DNA of 64,000 bases from assembly GCA_045606425.1 (NCBI GenBank), contig JAZURV010000004.1, positions 120,987 through 184,986 of the forward strand, given 5' to 3'. Shown here one piece after another: positions 39,363 to 48,931 of the stretch. How positions within the stretch are numbered: position 1 is the first letter of the stretch; every line of letters starts with the position of its first letter. A program made the position numbers and the translations under genes. The notes below the pieces were generated by a model. It saw only the letters and a list, made by a program, of their open reading frames with translations. It was not told the origin of the DNA and did not search any database. This DNA comes from Candidatus Enterousia sp. GTDB taxonomy: Bacteria; Pseudomonadota; Alphaproteobacteria; Rs-D84.

Positions 39363-39368
39363 CTGCTT

Positions 39369-40949
39369 TTATTCATGTCTGTTTGTATATTTACCGTCTA
39401 TCAACCATTGACGAACAACATGATGTTTAATTTTTTGAGTACTGGTCACCGGTAAATCGTCGGTTGTCATCGCAAAATGTGTCACCCATTTATAGGACGC
39501 AACTTTTTTATTTTTTTCTGCGACTGCGGCGGCCAATTTATCCATTGTCATACCTTCTTCGACACTGAATACGCCGTATGCGACGGTTTTGTCATTTACT
39601 TCATGTTCAAAAACCGCAACACTTTTTACACCATCGATTTCGATAAACAAGGCTTCCAATTCATCAGGATAAACATTTTTACCACTGTCCAAAACAATTA
39701 CTTGTTTTTTACGACCAGCAAAATGCAATTCGCCGTTTTTATCCTGCCATACTAAATCACCAGTACAGAACCAGCCATCTTTGTCAAACGATTCTTTATT
39801 CGCAGCATCATTATTTGCGTACCCGCCAAAGATTTGATTGCCACGAACCCACAGCATACCAATACCATCTTCGTCTTGGTTGCGAATTTGGATTTCAGTA
39901 TCACCCATCGGCGCACCAAATGCGTATGGCACACGTTTTTTCAGCGGGCGCGAACAACAGATTGGCCCCACAGTTTCGGTCATACCATAACCCTGAACGA
40001 ATGCCATTCCCAGTTGAGTATAGAATTTTTCAACCTCTGGTTTGGTCGCGGCACCACCTGCAACCAACAGACGCGCGCGTCCACCAAAAATTGCGCGAAT
40101 TTGATTCAAAACTTTATCAACCAGTTTTGACATACCCATTGCACGCAACAATTTTTGATTATTCATTACAAACGATACCAATCCCCATTTCTTTTTTGCC
40201 TTGATACCATCGATAATTTTCTTGCGGAAAATTTCCCACAACTTTGGCACCGCAGGAATAACCTGGGGTTTATATTGTGCAAAATCCGCCATAATTGCAT
40301 TTGGATTTATTGTTGATTGCAACAAAATTCCCATACCAAAATGCAACGGTGCCAAAAATCCAACTGCGAATCCAAACACATGGTACAATGGTAAAAAAGC
40401 ATAGAACATTTCACCAGGGCGCAACCACTGATTCAAATATTCCAAATTATCAGAACAAGAAACCAGATTAAAGTGTGTCAACGGCACAACCTTTGGCGTT
40501 CCAGTTGACCCCGATGTAAACGACAATGTTGCAATATCGCTGTCTTTCAATGGGTATGGCTTTAAAGATTCATCGTTTTTTTCGTCTTTCGTTTCAATAT
40601 CAAAAAACTTAAAGCCCTTTGCATCATAAAAGAAAGATTTTTCTGCACATACAATTTTACAACCTGTTATTTCGGTCATATTATCATATTCTGCAGAGGT
40701 TAAATTCGTATCCAACAACAAAACCGTTCCGCCCAGGTACCATATAGCGAACAAAGTTATTGGAAACTGTGGCAAATTATGCGCCAACAAACCAACAACA
40801 TCGCCCGGTTTTACACCCGCATCACGCAAAGTTGTCGCACGTGCCTGAACCAATTTCACTAATTCTTTAAATGTGACATTTTCACGAACCAAAAACACAG
40901 TTTCTGGGTTTCTTTCCACATTTTTTTCTAATAACTGATACATATTCAT
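39369..40949 (-). CDS. AMP-dependent synthetase/ligase (FadD-like), copy 2
   Basis: 526 aa with the same motif set (TSGSTGTPKVV, YGMTE, GWFCTGD, LPVTSTQK). Its ATG overlaps the TAA of copy 3 by 1 nt (TAATG). Confidence 0.8.
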   Translation of the reverse strand: MNMYQLLEKNVERNPETVFLVRENVTFKELVKLVQARATTLRDAGVKPGDVVGLLAHNLPQFPITLFAIWYLGGTVLLLDTNLTSAEYDNMTEITGCKIVCAEKSFFYDAKGFKFFDIETKDEKNDESLKPYPLKDSDIATLSFTSGSTGTPKVVPLTHFNLVSCSDNLEYLNQWLRPGEMFYAFLPLYHVFGFAVGFLAPLHFGMGILLQSTINPNAIMADFAQYKPQVIPAVPKLWEIFRKKIIDGIKAKKKWGLVSFVMNNQKLLRAMGMSKLVDKVLNQIRAIFGGRARLLVAGGAATKPEVEKFYTQLGMAFVQGYGMTETVGPICCSRPLKKRVPYAFGAPMGDTEIQIRNQDEDGIGMLWVRGNQIFGGYANNDAANKESFDKDGWFCTGDLVWQDKNGELHFAGRKKQVIVLDSGKNVYPDELEALFIEIDGVKSVAVFEHEVNDKTVAYGVFSVEEGMTMDKLAAAVAEKNKKVASYKWVTHFAMTTDDLPVTSTQKIKHHVVRQWLIDGKYTNRHE

Positions 40950-42547
40950 TATAAACGCTCCCGTAATTTACTGGTATTTTCTGGATATTTGCCATCGATA
41001 AGATTCTGGCGCACTTCATGATGTTTAACCTTTTGTGTACTGGTCATTGGCAAATCATCAGTAGTCATCGCAAAATGGGTCACCCATTTATACGGCGCAA
41101 CCTTACGATTAGCCAGCGCAACTTGCGCCGCCAGTTTCAAAAAACTCATCCCCTTGTTCACCTGGAATACAGCATATGTGACGGTTTTATTTTTTTCTTT
41201 GTGTTCAAAAACTGCGACATTTTTTACGCCATCTATTTCCATGAACAATGCTTCCAATTCATCCGGATAAACATTTTTACCACTGTCCAGAACGATAACT
41301 TGTTTTTTGCGTCCTGCAAAATGATACTGTTTATTTTTATCCAGATAGACTAAATCACCGGTATTAAACCAACCGTCTTTGTCGAATGATTCAGAATTTG
41401 CCTCTGCATTATTCAAATATCCATTAAAGACATTTGGTCCGCGCACCCACAGTGTTCCAATACCTTTTTCATTGGCATCACGAATTGTGCATTCTGAACA
41501 ACCAATTGGTGTTCCAAACGCGAACGGCACACGATGTTTCGACGGACGCGAACAACAGAATGGCCCAACCGTTTCAGTCATACCATATCCCTGAACAAAG
41601 GTGATTCCCAATGATTCATAGAATTTTTCAACCTCTGGTTTTGTCGCGGCGCCGCCCGCAATCATCAAATTCACACGCCCACCAAAGATGTCACGCAACG
41701 GTTTTTGTACCTTTTTAACCAGTTTACCCAACCCAATTGCACGCAAAAACTTTTGCCGACGCAATACGAAAGACACAAACCACCACATATGTTTTTCTTT
41801 GACCCCGCTGATGATTTTATTACGGAACACTTCGTAAAGGCGCGGCACCGCCGGAATACAGTGTGGTTTATAAACCCTAAAATCTTCCAATATATTTTTT
41901 GGATTTACGGTTGGCTGTAATAAAATTCCCATGTGGAAATACATAGGTGCCAAAATACCACCTGCAAAACCGAATATATGATACAGCGGCAAAAAACCAT
42001 ACATTATTTCGTTTTTATGAATCCATTGTCCCATATCTGCGTAATAATCAGACGAACTTTTCAGATTTCCATGCGTCAGTGGCACAACCTTTGGATTGCC
42101 AGTCGAACCTGATGTAAAGGACAGCGTTGCAATATCATCAGATTTCAAATCTGCAGGTTTCACATTGGCATCGGCTGCATCATCAGTGCTTTGTATATCA
42201 AAGAACTTAAATCCCCTGGCCTTGTAAAAGAATGATTTTTCGGCGCACACGAATTTGCACCCCACCCTTTTGGTCATATTATCATATTCGAACGGTGTTA
42301 AATTTGTATCCAACAACAAAACCGTACCACCCAAATACCATATCGCGAAAAGTGTCAATGGAAATTCTGGAATATTATGCGCCAACAAACCAACGACATC
42401 GCCCTGCTTTACCCCGGCGTTATGCAAAGTCGTCGCGCGTGCATGAATCAAATCCAGCGCCATTTTAAATGTGATTTTTTCGCGTACCAAAAACAAAGCA
42501 TCTGGCGATTCTTTCGCCACTTGCTTGAACACTTGATACATATTCAT
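40949..42547 (-). CDS. AMP-dependent synthetase/ligase (FadD-like), copy 3
   Basis: 532 aa with the same conserved motifs (TSGSTGNPKVV, YGMTE, GWFNTGD, LPMTSTQK). Confidence 0.8.
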   Translation of the reverse strand: MNMYQVFKQVAKESPDALFLVREKITFKMALDLIHARATTLHNAGVKQGDVVGLLAHNIPEFPLTLFAIWYLGGTVLLLDTNLTPFEYDNMTKRVGCKFVCAEKSFFYKARGFKFFDIQSTDDAADANVKPADLKSDDIATLSFTSGSTGNPKVVPLTHGNLKSSSDYYADMGQWIHKNEIMYGFLPLYHIFGFAGGILAPMYFHMGILLQPTVNPKNILEDFRVYKPHCIPAVPRLYEVFRNKIISGVKEKHMWWFVSFVLRRQKFLRAIGLGKLVKKVQKPLRDIFGGRVNLMIAGGAATKPEVEKFYESLGITFVQGYGMTETVGPFCCSRPSKHRVPFAFGTPIGCSECTIRDANEKGIGTLWVRGPNVFNGYLNNAEANSESFDKDGWFNTGDLVYLDKNKQYHFAGRKKQVIVLDSGKNVYPDELEALFMEIDGVKNVAVFEHKEKNKTVTYAVFQVNKGMSFLKLAAQVALANRKVAPYKWVTHFAMTTDDLPMTSTQKVKHHEVRQNLIDGKYPENTSKLRERL

Positions 42548-42617
42548 AACATAAAATCCTTGTTGTTTTTATATTGGACATCGTGTATTATAGTACCAGA
42601 AAACAAAGATTGCAATT

Positions 42618-43391
42618 ATGAAAATACTTACATTAAATATAAACTCTATCCGCGCACACATCGAAAGTTTTATGGATATTTTGGCGCACGGCGAATACGA
42701 TACTGTCTTGGTTCAGGAATTAAAGGTTGAAAATGCTAATTTCCCACACAATTTATTGGACGAATACGGGTATAATGTAAAGGTTTTTGGTCAAAAATCT
42801 TGGAACGGCGTTGCAACTTTTTCTAAACAATCTATCGAAGATGTCACAATGGGAATTCCGACATATCCAGATATAAATTCGCGTTTTCTGGAATCTGTGA
42901 TTGACGGACGCGTTCGTTTAATAAATGTATATATGCCAAATGGCGATTGTATAGAATCACCAAAGTTTCAATATAAACTGGAATGGATGCGCGCATTTAC
43001 ACAATATATATCACAATATTTAAACAGCGAAGAACCAGTTATCATCGCCGGTGATTTTAATGTAGCGATTACCGATAAAGATATCTGGAACCCTAAAAAT
43101 TATATTGGTTCATCTATATCTGCCCCGGCGGCACGCGACATTATGCAACAATGGCTGGATGCGGGTTGGATTGACGCATGGCGCGAAACACACCCAAATG
43201 ATATAGATTACACATGGTATGGATACCGTGGTCGTGATACGGTCGGCAACAACCAGGGATTACGCCTGGATTATTTCCTTTGTAATAAGACTGCAATCAA
43301 AATGGTAAAAAACTGCGAAATAGATAAAGAACCACGCTTAGCAGACAAACCAACCGACCATTGTGGTTTAATGTTGGAAATCAAAGATTAA
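42618..43391 (+). CDS. xthA: Exodeoxyribonuclease III
   Basis: 257 aa; EEP fold MKILTLNINSIRAH, C-terminal catalytic DHCGL. Confidence 0.9.
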   Translation: MKILTLNINSIRAHIESFMDILAHGEYDTVLVQELKVENANFPHNLLDEYGYNVKVFGQKSWNGVATFSKQSIEDVTMGIPTYPDINSRFLESVIDGRVRLINVYMPNGDCIESPKFQYKLEWMRAFTQYISQYLNSEEPVIIAGDFNVAITDKDIWNPKNYIGSSISAPAARDIMQQWLDAGWIDAWRETHPNDIDYTWYGYRGRDTVGNNQGLRLDYFLCNKTAIKMVKNCEIDKEPRLADKPTDHCGLMLEIKD

Positions 43392-43392
43392 T

Positions 43393-44085
43393 TTATTCTG
43401 GTGCGTTAAAGGTCCAACCGGTAAAGATTTTTCCATTAATATGTTGGGCCTTTAGCGGTGTATGTATATCCCCGCCATAGGTGACGTTGCCGGCGTTGTT
43501 TGCGGTTATGTCCGCCGCATCAGCATGATCCCAAGTGATTGAAATAGTATTCGCAGTGCAAACCGACGAACCCGCAGGCGCAGAATACCCCGTCGCACAG
43601 GCACTTATACCCTGGTCGATGTTTTCGTTAAAACTATACGTTCCACCAACAGAATAACTATTCGCGGGGCATTGTGTGCACGCATCCACGTCGGCAGGCA
43701 AGTAATACCCGACTGAACAAGTATGTGTATTTGGGACAAATTCTGCCACCAGATTACCATTATAAAGTAAATCCCTGGAACAACCCTTTTCTACATTTTC
43801 GACAATAGGTAAAGTATAAACAATTCCTTGGTCAATATTTTGGTTAAATCTAAAATTTCCACCACTGCAAGTGTGTCCAGATAAACAAGATGTACACCCG
43901 TCAATATTTGCGGGCAAATAATAACCGGACGAACAATTATACAGCGTCGGTTCGAACAGAGCGGTCAGTGTTGCTGGGTTATAATCAAAAGAGCAACCGT
44001 TCGCGGTATTTTCTGAAAATATTTCAGCGTATGCAAAGTTTGCATATGATATAAAAACGCCCAAGATAAAAACTAATTTTTTCAT
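43393..44085 (-). CDS. Secreted Cys-rich protein with two ephrin-receptor-like (GCC2_GCC3-type) repeats
   Basis: Signal peptide; an internal duplication of a roughly 75-aa module, CSSGYYLPANIDGCTSCLSGHTCSGGNFRFNQNIDQGI and CSVGYYLPADVDACTQCPANSYSVGGTYSFNENIDQGI; C-terminal GKIFTGWTF. Confidence 0.55.
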   Translation of the reverse strand: MKKLVFILGVFISYANFAYAEIFSENTANGCSFDYNPATLTALFEPTLYNCSSGYYLPANIDGCTSCLSGHTCSGGNFRFNQNIDQGIVYTLPIVENVEKGCSRDLLYNGNLVAEFVPNTHTCSVGYYLPADVDACTQCPANSYSVGGTYSFNENIDQGISACATGYSAPAGSSVCTANTISITWDHADAADITANNAGNVTYGGDIHTPLKAQHINGKIFTGWTFNAPE

Positions 44086-44091
44086 CTTTTT

Positions 44092-44802
44092 TTATTCGGA
44101 CAAAGACCAACTTTCTTCCACCGGTTCCGCCAACGGGTAATAACAAGTGACTGGTTGACCGGCGGCATATCTTTCCGCCAACCACGTATTAAATTCTGTT
44201 TGATTTGCAAATCTGCTATCTGTGACATTAAATTGAATTGTATTATTTTCACTTGCACCTAAATAGAATGTGTTATTTTTGACCAGTCCCCATTTCTGAT
44301 AATTCGAATAATAATTGCAAATAGGGACATCTTGTTTTATTGAACGTTGAACATTGCTTGTTAAGGTCCCTGAGATACAATAAAAACTATCTGGGCCAAA
44401 CCAGTTTTCTCTCCAGCTTTCGTTTCCTTTTAGTATTAATACTCCGACACGACGTGTAATTTTTTCACTGGAAGGATTATATTCGTCAGCTACGAAATCT
44501 TCCCCACTGCCCAATGCGCGCAAAACAGTATCGCCCAGTTGATAAAATACTGGTTCTATGGGATTTGTCGGGGTTGGCGTCCCAGATTGTGACCAAGTGC
44601 CGGTTATAACACCATAATTCCATCCGACAAATGTATAACCGTATTTTGTTGGCGACGTTTGCGGAATTATCAGATTGCCACCTGATTCACAGGTGCTGGT
44701 TGAATATGTTGTGTCTCCTACTTTCCAATTTACATTTATTGTTTCGGCAAATACGATATTGCATATTAAAACCACACCAAAAAACACGAAAAACTTCTTC
44801 AT
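44092..44802 (-). CDS. Secreted protein with Listeria-Bacteroides-repeat-like motif
   Basis: The probable start is MKKFFVFFGVVLICNIVFA (ATG at 44800-44802; the ORF-track extension uses TTG). It contains YGYTFVGWNY. Confidence 0.55.
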   Translation of the reverse strand: MKKFFVFFGVVLICNIVFAETINVNWKVGDTTYSTSTCESGGNLIIPQTSPTKYGYTFVGWNYGVITGTWSQSGTPTPTNPIEPVFYQLGDTVLRALGSGEDFVADEYNPSSEKITRRVGVLILKGNESWRENWFGPDSFYCISGTLTSNVQRSIKQDVPICNYYSNYQKWGLVKNNTFYLGASENNTIQFNVTDSRFANQTEFNTWLAERYAAGQPVTCYYPLAEPVEESWSLSE

Positions 44803-44814
44803 CCTTGTCCCCCG

Positions 44815-45045
44815 TTTTTGCAAACAAAAAACCGCCAAAGGAATTTTAGGCGGTCGGGGAGTTGGTAAATCACATTGTTATAGATTTCCGCGCCTTACGG
44901 TAAGCGGCTCCCCAACCTTGTTAGTTAGGGATGATAACGGTGCAAAAAACACCAAAAATATCAAATTAACGATGCATTTGCACCGAACAATGTGGGCTAC
45001 CACAGCCCCGAACCCAATCCCTTGGATTCATTTGTATCATATCAT
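44815..45045 (-). promoter_or_regulatory. Structured RNA leader / sRNA-like element, copy C
   Basis: The 5' end AUGAAUCCAAGGGAUUGGGUUCGGGG (dyad CCAATCCCTTGG 45014-45025) and the 3' end CCCCGACCGCC-loop-GGCGGU + UUUUUGUUUG terminator (44831-44856) match elements A and B; the middle differs. It ends about 12 nt upstream of the 44092..44802 gene. Confidence 0.5.
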
Positions 45046-45066
45046 AAAAAAACTGTTTATACAAGA

Positions 45067-47517
45067 CTAATCACCGACACGCGCCAAATCATCAAATTCA
45101 TGATATTTTGCGCCAACACTTTCGCGGTATTCGTATGCCGCAACTTTGTCTGTGCTGTATTGACCAAATAATTCACGCACCTTTTGCACACTGTTATCTA
45201 TCATTTCTTGTGCGATTTCATCACTATATTCTATCAATTCAGGATTGCCGTTTTTCAGTTGCAAAAACTGTATTATTGGCGTTATTGAAACATCTTTCAT
45301 TTTTAATGGAAAACCATTATTTTGCATCATGAATGCTTCCAATGGCAACTGTGGCATAGTGCCCTCCATCAACTGTTTTTTTGTTGGTGGGTTGCCGGTT
45401 TTTATATCCATTACAACACCGTCCCATACAATATCAGCGCGCGCCCGAACATTGCGCCCCATAATATTTACAGACCCCAATATTTCTTTGTATTCAATCG
45501 ATTTGTTTTGAAAGAATTCTTCAACAAATGGCGCAATTTCACAAAACCGTTTATGCCAAAAATAAAACAATATTGAATCAGACGGCAAAACCTGTTTTGC
45601 CCGTATATCCATTTCATCTATCAGTTTTTGTGCATTGAAATCACGCGCGTTTTCAATCACATCATGTACCAAAATCCCAAAATTACGCGCATCTGGCAAA
45701 ACCCAATAATCGTCCAGTTTTTTCAATCGCAAAATATGTTTTACATAAAACGCATACGGGTTATGAATCAGCAATTCTAAATCTGTCACAAAAACATCAC
45801 TTTTATCGATTGGTGGTGTTGGCGGCGAATAATCCAGTGGTTTGTACGGTACATCATCTATCGCCCGTACAGATTTCAACATTTCGTTATCAACGAATAT
45901 ATCACCAACCGCGACGCGAACACGGGAAATGAATCGTGATTCAGTGGTCAGTGTTCCGCCTGATTGTTTTGAACGCAACCAATATACTTCATTTCCACAC
46001 GACAAATTCATAAAATCCAGTGCCATCAAAGATACCTTGCGATTTGGTGACGGCAGTCCTATTTTCGCGGCAACATCACGCGGCAACCATGCGTTTTCAT
46101 ACCCCAGCGACGGAAACATTCCTTCGTTCAATCCAGTCAGTATTATTACATCTGCGCCCTGCATACGCGATTCTATTGTACCCAAAACACAAACATCACA
46201 ATCTTCGTTTTTAACCGGACGAATTGAAACACCACCAATTGCATCGGCAATAAATGCGCGTGCATCATAAACATTTAACACAATATCGTTTGCACATAAA
46301 ATATCTGCGGTTTCTTTTATCGCATTCCAAATTGGAATATCACTGTCATTTTCAATTGTAAATGTTGGCTGAAAAACAGTTTCACCATGTTCATCAACAA
46401 ACGCAACCAACATATTAAACAAATTGTAATTATGTTGTGCATATAATTTTTCAAATTCTTTTTGATTATTTTCAATCCAATCATCAAACAAATTCAATAT
46501 CGCGCGCCCCAAATCTGTCATTGTCCCAGATATACCAGACGAAAAATCTGCATCTATACCCGCACGCGTCATTTCTGATTTTATTCGCTGATTCGCGGCG
46601 GCATCAGGCGTAATTATCAACACAGATTTATTTTCATAAACCGCGCGCTGTGCAATCTGTGTCGCGGTCAGTGCCTCTTCACTTTCACGGACGCATTCTA
46701 TAATTTTACAGTTATTCAATTTTTTATCAGCATGCGCCCCAGTATTTCCAAACGCGATATTCATTGTATCGATTTGGCTTTCGCCGACATCTATGGTCTG
46801 CACATCGTCCGCATTTAACCCCAAACGATTCAGAAACAAATATTCGCTGTGATACGGGTTAGTGTCCAATTCAAAATCTTCTATTTCGCCCGATATTTTT
46901 CCAGACAAAATAATTTTTCCATTTGATAATTTTGCGACGCATTCCATTAAATCAGCCGTTGCCGGAACAGACGCGGTTGACCCACACACAATCACGCAAT
47001 CATATTTATTCAGGTGATTTTTCCATGCACGAATGTCAGCATTTCTTTTCTGGGTTGTCGTCAATCGGTCATTTGGTAATTGCTTTAAAATATCCAGTAT
47101 GCGCGCTTTATTTTGAAAATGCGTTGCATATTTATCGTCTATCAGTGACAACCAATCTATGTCGGCAATCTGAATACCTTCGTTTTCCAGATAATCCTGC
47201 ATACGAACGAAATCACGGGCAATCGGCAATGCAGTCGCAATATTTCCAACATTCGCGTCCATCGACAAAAGCCGCGCCAAAATAATAATTCTTTCACGAT
47301 TTGATATTGTACCGGGATATGTTTCATCTGTTTCTTCGTCGTCCACCCCATCACCCAGCGGAACAAGATTTGGCAAAATAATCGCATGCCCTGTTTTTTC
47401 AACAATAAATCTTTCCATGCTTCTGATTGCGCGACGCGACGGCAAAAAAATCAAGACGCGCGAAAAATCATTTTTATATTCCGCAATCATATCCCACAAC
47501 GCGTCCAAAATACGCAT
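45067..47517 (-). CDS. addB: Double-strand break repair protein AddB
   Basis: AddB-like N-terminus (MRILDALWDMI...VLIFLPSRRA) and C-terminal PD-(D/E)xK nuclease (DIKTG). The ORF track extends to 47724, but that would overlap engB; the start is probably near 47517. No addA partner is in the window. Confidence 0.7.
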   Translation of the reverse strand: MRILDALWDMIAEYKNDFSRVLIFLPSRRAIRSMERFIVEKTGHAIILPNLVPLGDGVDDEETDETYPGTISNRERIIILARLLSMDANVGNIATALPIARDFVRMQDYLENEGIQIADIDWLSLIDDKYATHFQNKARILDILKQLPNDRLTTTQKRNADIRAWKNHLNKYDCVIVCGSTASVPATADLMECVAKLSNGKIILSGKISGEIEDFELDTNPYHSEYLFLNRLGLNADDVQTIDVGESQIDTMNIAFGNTGAHADKKLNNCKIIECVRESEEALTATQIAQRAVYENKSVLIITPDAAANQRIKSEMTRAGIDADFSSGISGTMTDLGRAILNLFDDWIENNQKEFEKLYAQHNYNLFNMLVAFVDEHGETVFQPTFTIENDSDIPIWNAIKETADILCANDIVLNVYDARAFIADAIGGVSIRPVKNEDCDVCVLGTIESRMQGADVIILTGLNEGMFPSLGYENAWLPRDVAAKIGLPSPNRKVSLMALDFMNLSCGNEVYWLRSKQSGGTLTTESRFISRVRVAVGDIFVDNEMLKSVRAIDDVPYKPLDYSPPTPPIDKSDVFVTDLELLIHNPYAFYVKHILRLKKLDDYWVLPDARNFGILVHDVIENARDFNAQKLIDEMDIRAKQVLPSDSILFYFWHKRFCEIAPFVEEFFQNKSIEYKEILGSVNIMGRNVRARADIVWDGVVMDIKTGNPPTKKQLMEGTMPQLPLEAFMMQNNGFPLKMKDVSITPIIQFLQLKNGNPELIEYSDEIAQEMIDNSVQKVRELFGQYSTDKVAAYEYRESVGAKYHEFDDLARVGD

Positions 47518-47542
47518 TGGATTTGAAACATTAAAGATATTG

Positions 47543-48097
47543 TTATTTGACACCGATAATATCCCGTAATTCGTCCAGACCAAATTTCTTTTCTGCAGAT
47601 GTTTCCAATATTTTTTCCACCATCGCAGGATGGTTTTCATGACTGATTTGCGATTGTTCTTTTTCACGAATTTTTTTATCTTTCTTTGTGTAAACAATTT
47701 GATAGCAAATTCCGTTTTTATCACAAAAATCCATCAGTTCAATATCAGATTCTTTTGGTCCAACACGCGAATCTATTAAAACAAACAGACGCCGCAATTG
47801 CGAACGATTTAATAAATATTCTTCCAACCGTTCCAGCCAACGCAGTGCTTCTACCTTGGACACGCGGGCATATCCATATCCCGGCAAATCAACAATCATG
47901 GATTTATCATTCATATTAAACAGATTCAAACTTTGCGTGCGCCCCGGCGTATTAGATGTCCGTGCAACCTTTTCCCCAACGACTGCATTTATCAACGAAG
48001 ATTTTCCAACATTACTGCGCCCGACAAAGGCATATTCTGCGAATTGAGTATTCGGCAAAGATTTAACTGTTTCAAAAGAGCCAACAAATTTAATCAT
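47543..48097 (-). CDS. engB: Ribosome biogenesis GTP-binding protein EngB (YihA/YsxC)
   Basis: 184 aa; G1 GRSNVGKSSLIN, G3 DLPGYG, NKxD-like TKKDK. Confidence 0.88.
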   Translation of the reverse strand: MIKFVGSFETVKSLPNTQFAEYAFVGRSNVGKSSLINAVVGEKVARTSNTPGRTQSLNLFNMNDKSMIVDLPGYGYARVSKVEALRWLERLEEYLLNRSQLRRLFVLIDSRVGPKESDIELMDFCDKNGICYQIVYTKKDKKIREKEQSQISHENHPAMVEKILETSAEKKFGLDELRDIIGVK

Positions 48098-48882
48098 TAT
48101 TTATTCACCAATTTTTTATATGCTTCTTTTTTTGATATACCCGCGCGCGCCGCCAATTCTGCCGCCGCGGATTTAGTTGAATTCGACACAATATCATTCA
48201 CGATTTCACTGATTTCGTCATCACTCATTTTTTTATCCGGCGCAGGCGCAACGACAATAACAATTTCGCCACGCGGGGGTTCTATATTTATTAAATCAGC
48301 GGGATAACCAATAATAGTTTCTTCATGAATTTTTGTGATTTCACGAACAATGGCAATTTTGCGTTCAGGCATAACATTTGCCAGGGTTTTTATTGTGTCC
48401 ATTATGCGATTCGGGCTTTCATAATAAATAATAGTGTGGCGAATTTTATTATCTTCGCGCACTTTCTTTTCATCAAAGAACCCACAGAAAGTAAATCTGT
48501 CTGTTGGAAAACCCGACAACACCAGCGCAGATATCGCCGCCGTTGGCCCCGGAACCACGAACACCGGAACATTTGCAGCGCGCGCTGCGCGTATCAGACG
48601 AAACCCAGGGTCACTGATACCCGGCATACCTGCATCAGATACTGTCGCAATTGCTGCACCATTTAGCATTTTTTCAACCAAAGAATCAACAACTTCGCGT
48701 TCATTATGTTCGTGACACGAAACAGATTTGGTTTTTATATCAAAATGATGCGCCAATTTAGAAAATACGCGTGTGTCTTCGGCTGCGACCAAATCGACAG
48801 ATTGCAAAACTTCGATTGCGCGTGGCGACATATCTGACAAATTTCCAATTGGCGTACCAACAATGTAAAGCCCTGATTGCAT
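48097..48882 (-). CDS. rsmI: 16S rRNA (cytidine1402-2'-O)-methyltransferase RsmI
   Basis: Tetrapyrrole-methylase fold; probable start MQSGLYIVGTPIGNLSD. Confidence 0.88.
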   Translation of the reverse strand: MQSGLYIVGTPIGNLSDMSPRAIEVLQSVDLVAAEDTRVFSKLAHHFDIKTKSVSCHEHNEREVVDSLVEKMLNGAAIATVSDAGMPGISDPGFRLIRAARAANVPVFVVPGPTAAISALVLSGFPTDRFTFCGFFDEKKVREDNKIRHTIIYYESPNRIMDTIKTLANVMPERKIAIVREITKIHEETIIGYPADLINIEPPRGEIVIVVAPAPDKKMSDDEISEIVNDIVSNSTKSAAAELAARAGISKKEAYKKLVNK

Positions 48883-48931
48883 TTTGAATCCTTTTATAGT
48901 AAAATGATACATATAAAAAGTAGGATTTTCA

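Noticed and set aside
44840-45060. Possible tmRNA, 6S, SRP RNA or RNase P RNA in the addB-downstream spacer
   Set aside because: No tmRNA tag ORF ending in AA was found, no T-arm/CCA, and no SRP domain IV or RNase P conserved blocks. Instead the ends match the RNA elements at 33934-34150 and 36960-37196, so it is reported as a third member of that family.
45067-47724. The 885-aa addB ORF extension overlapping engB by about 180 nt
   Set aside because: The N-terminal ~70 aa are lysine-rich and unconserved. The AddB-like N-terminus begins at the internal Met (MRILDALWD, ~47517), which removes the overlap, so the shorter model was preferred.
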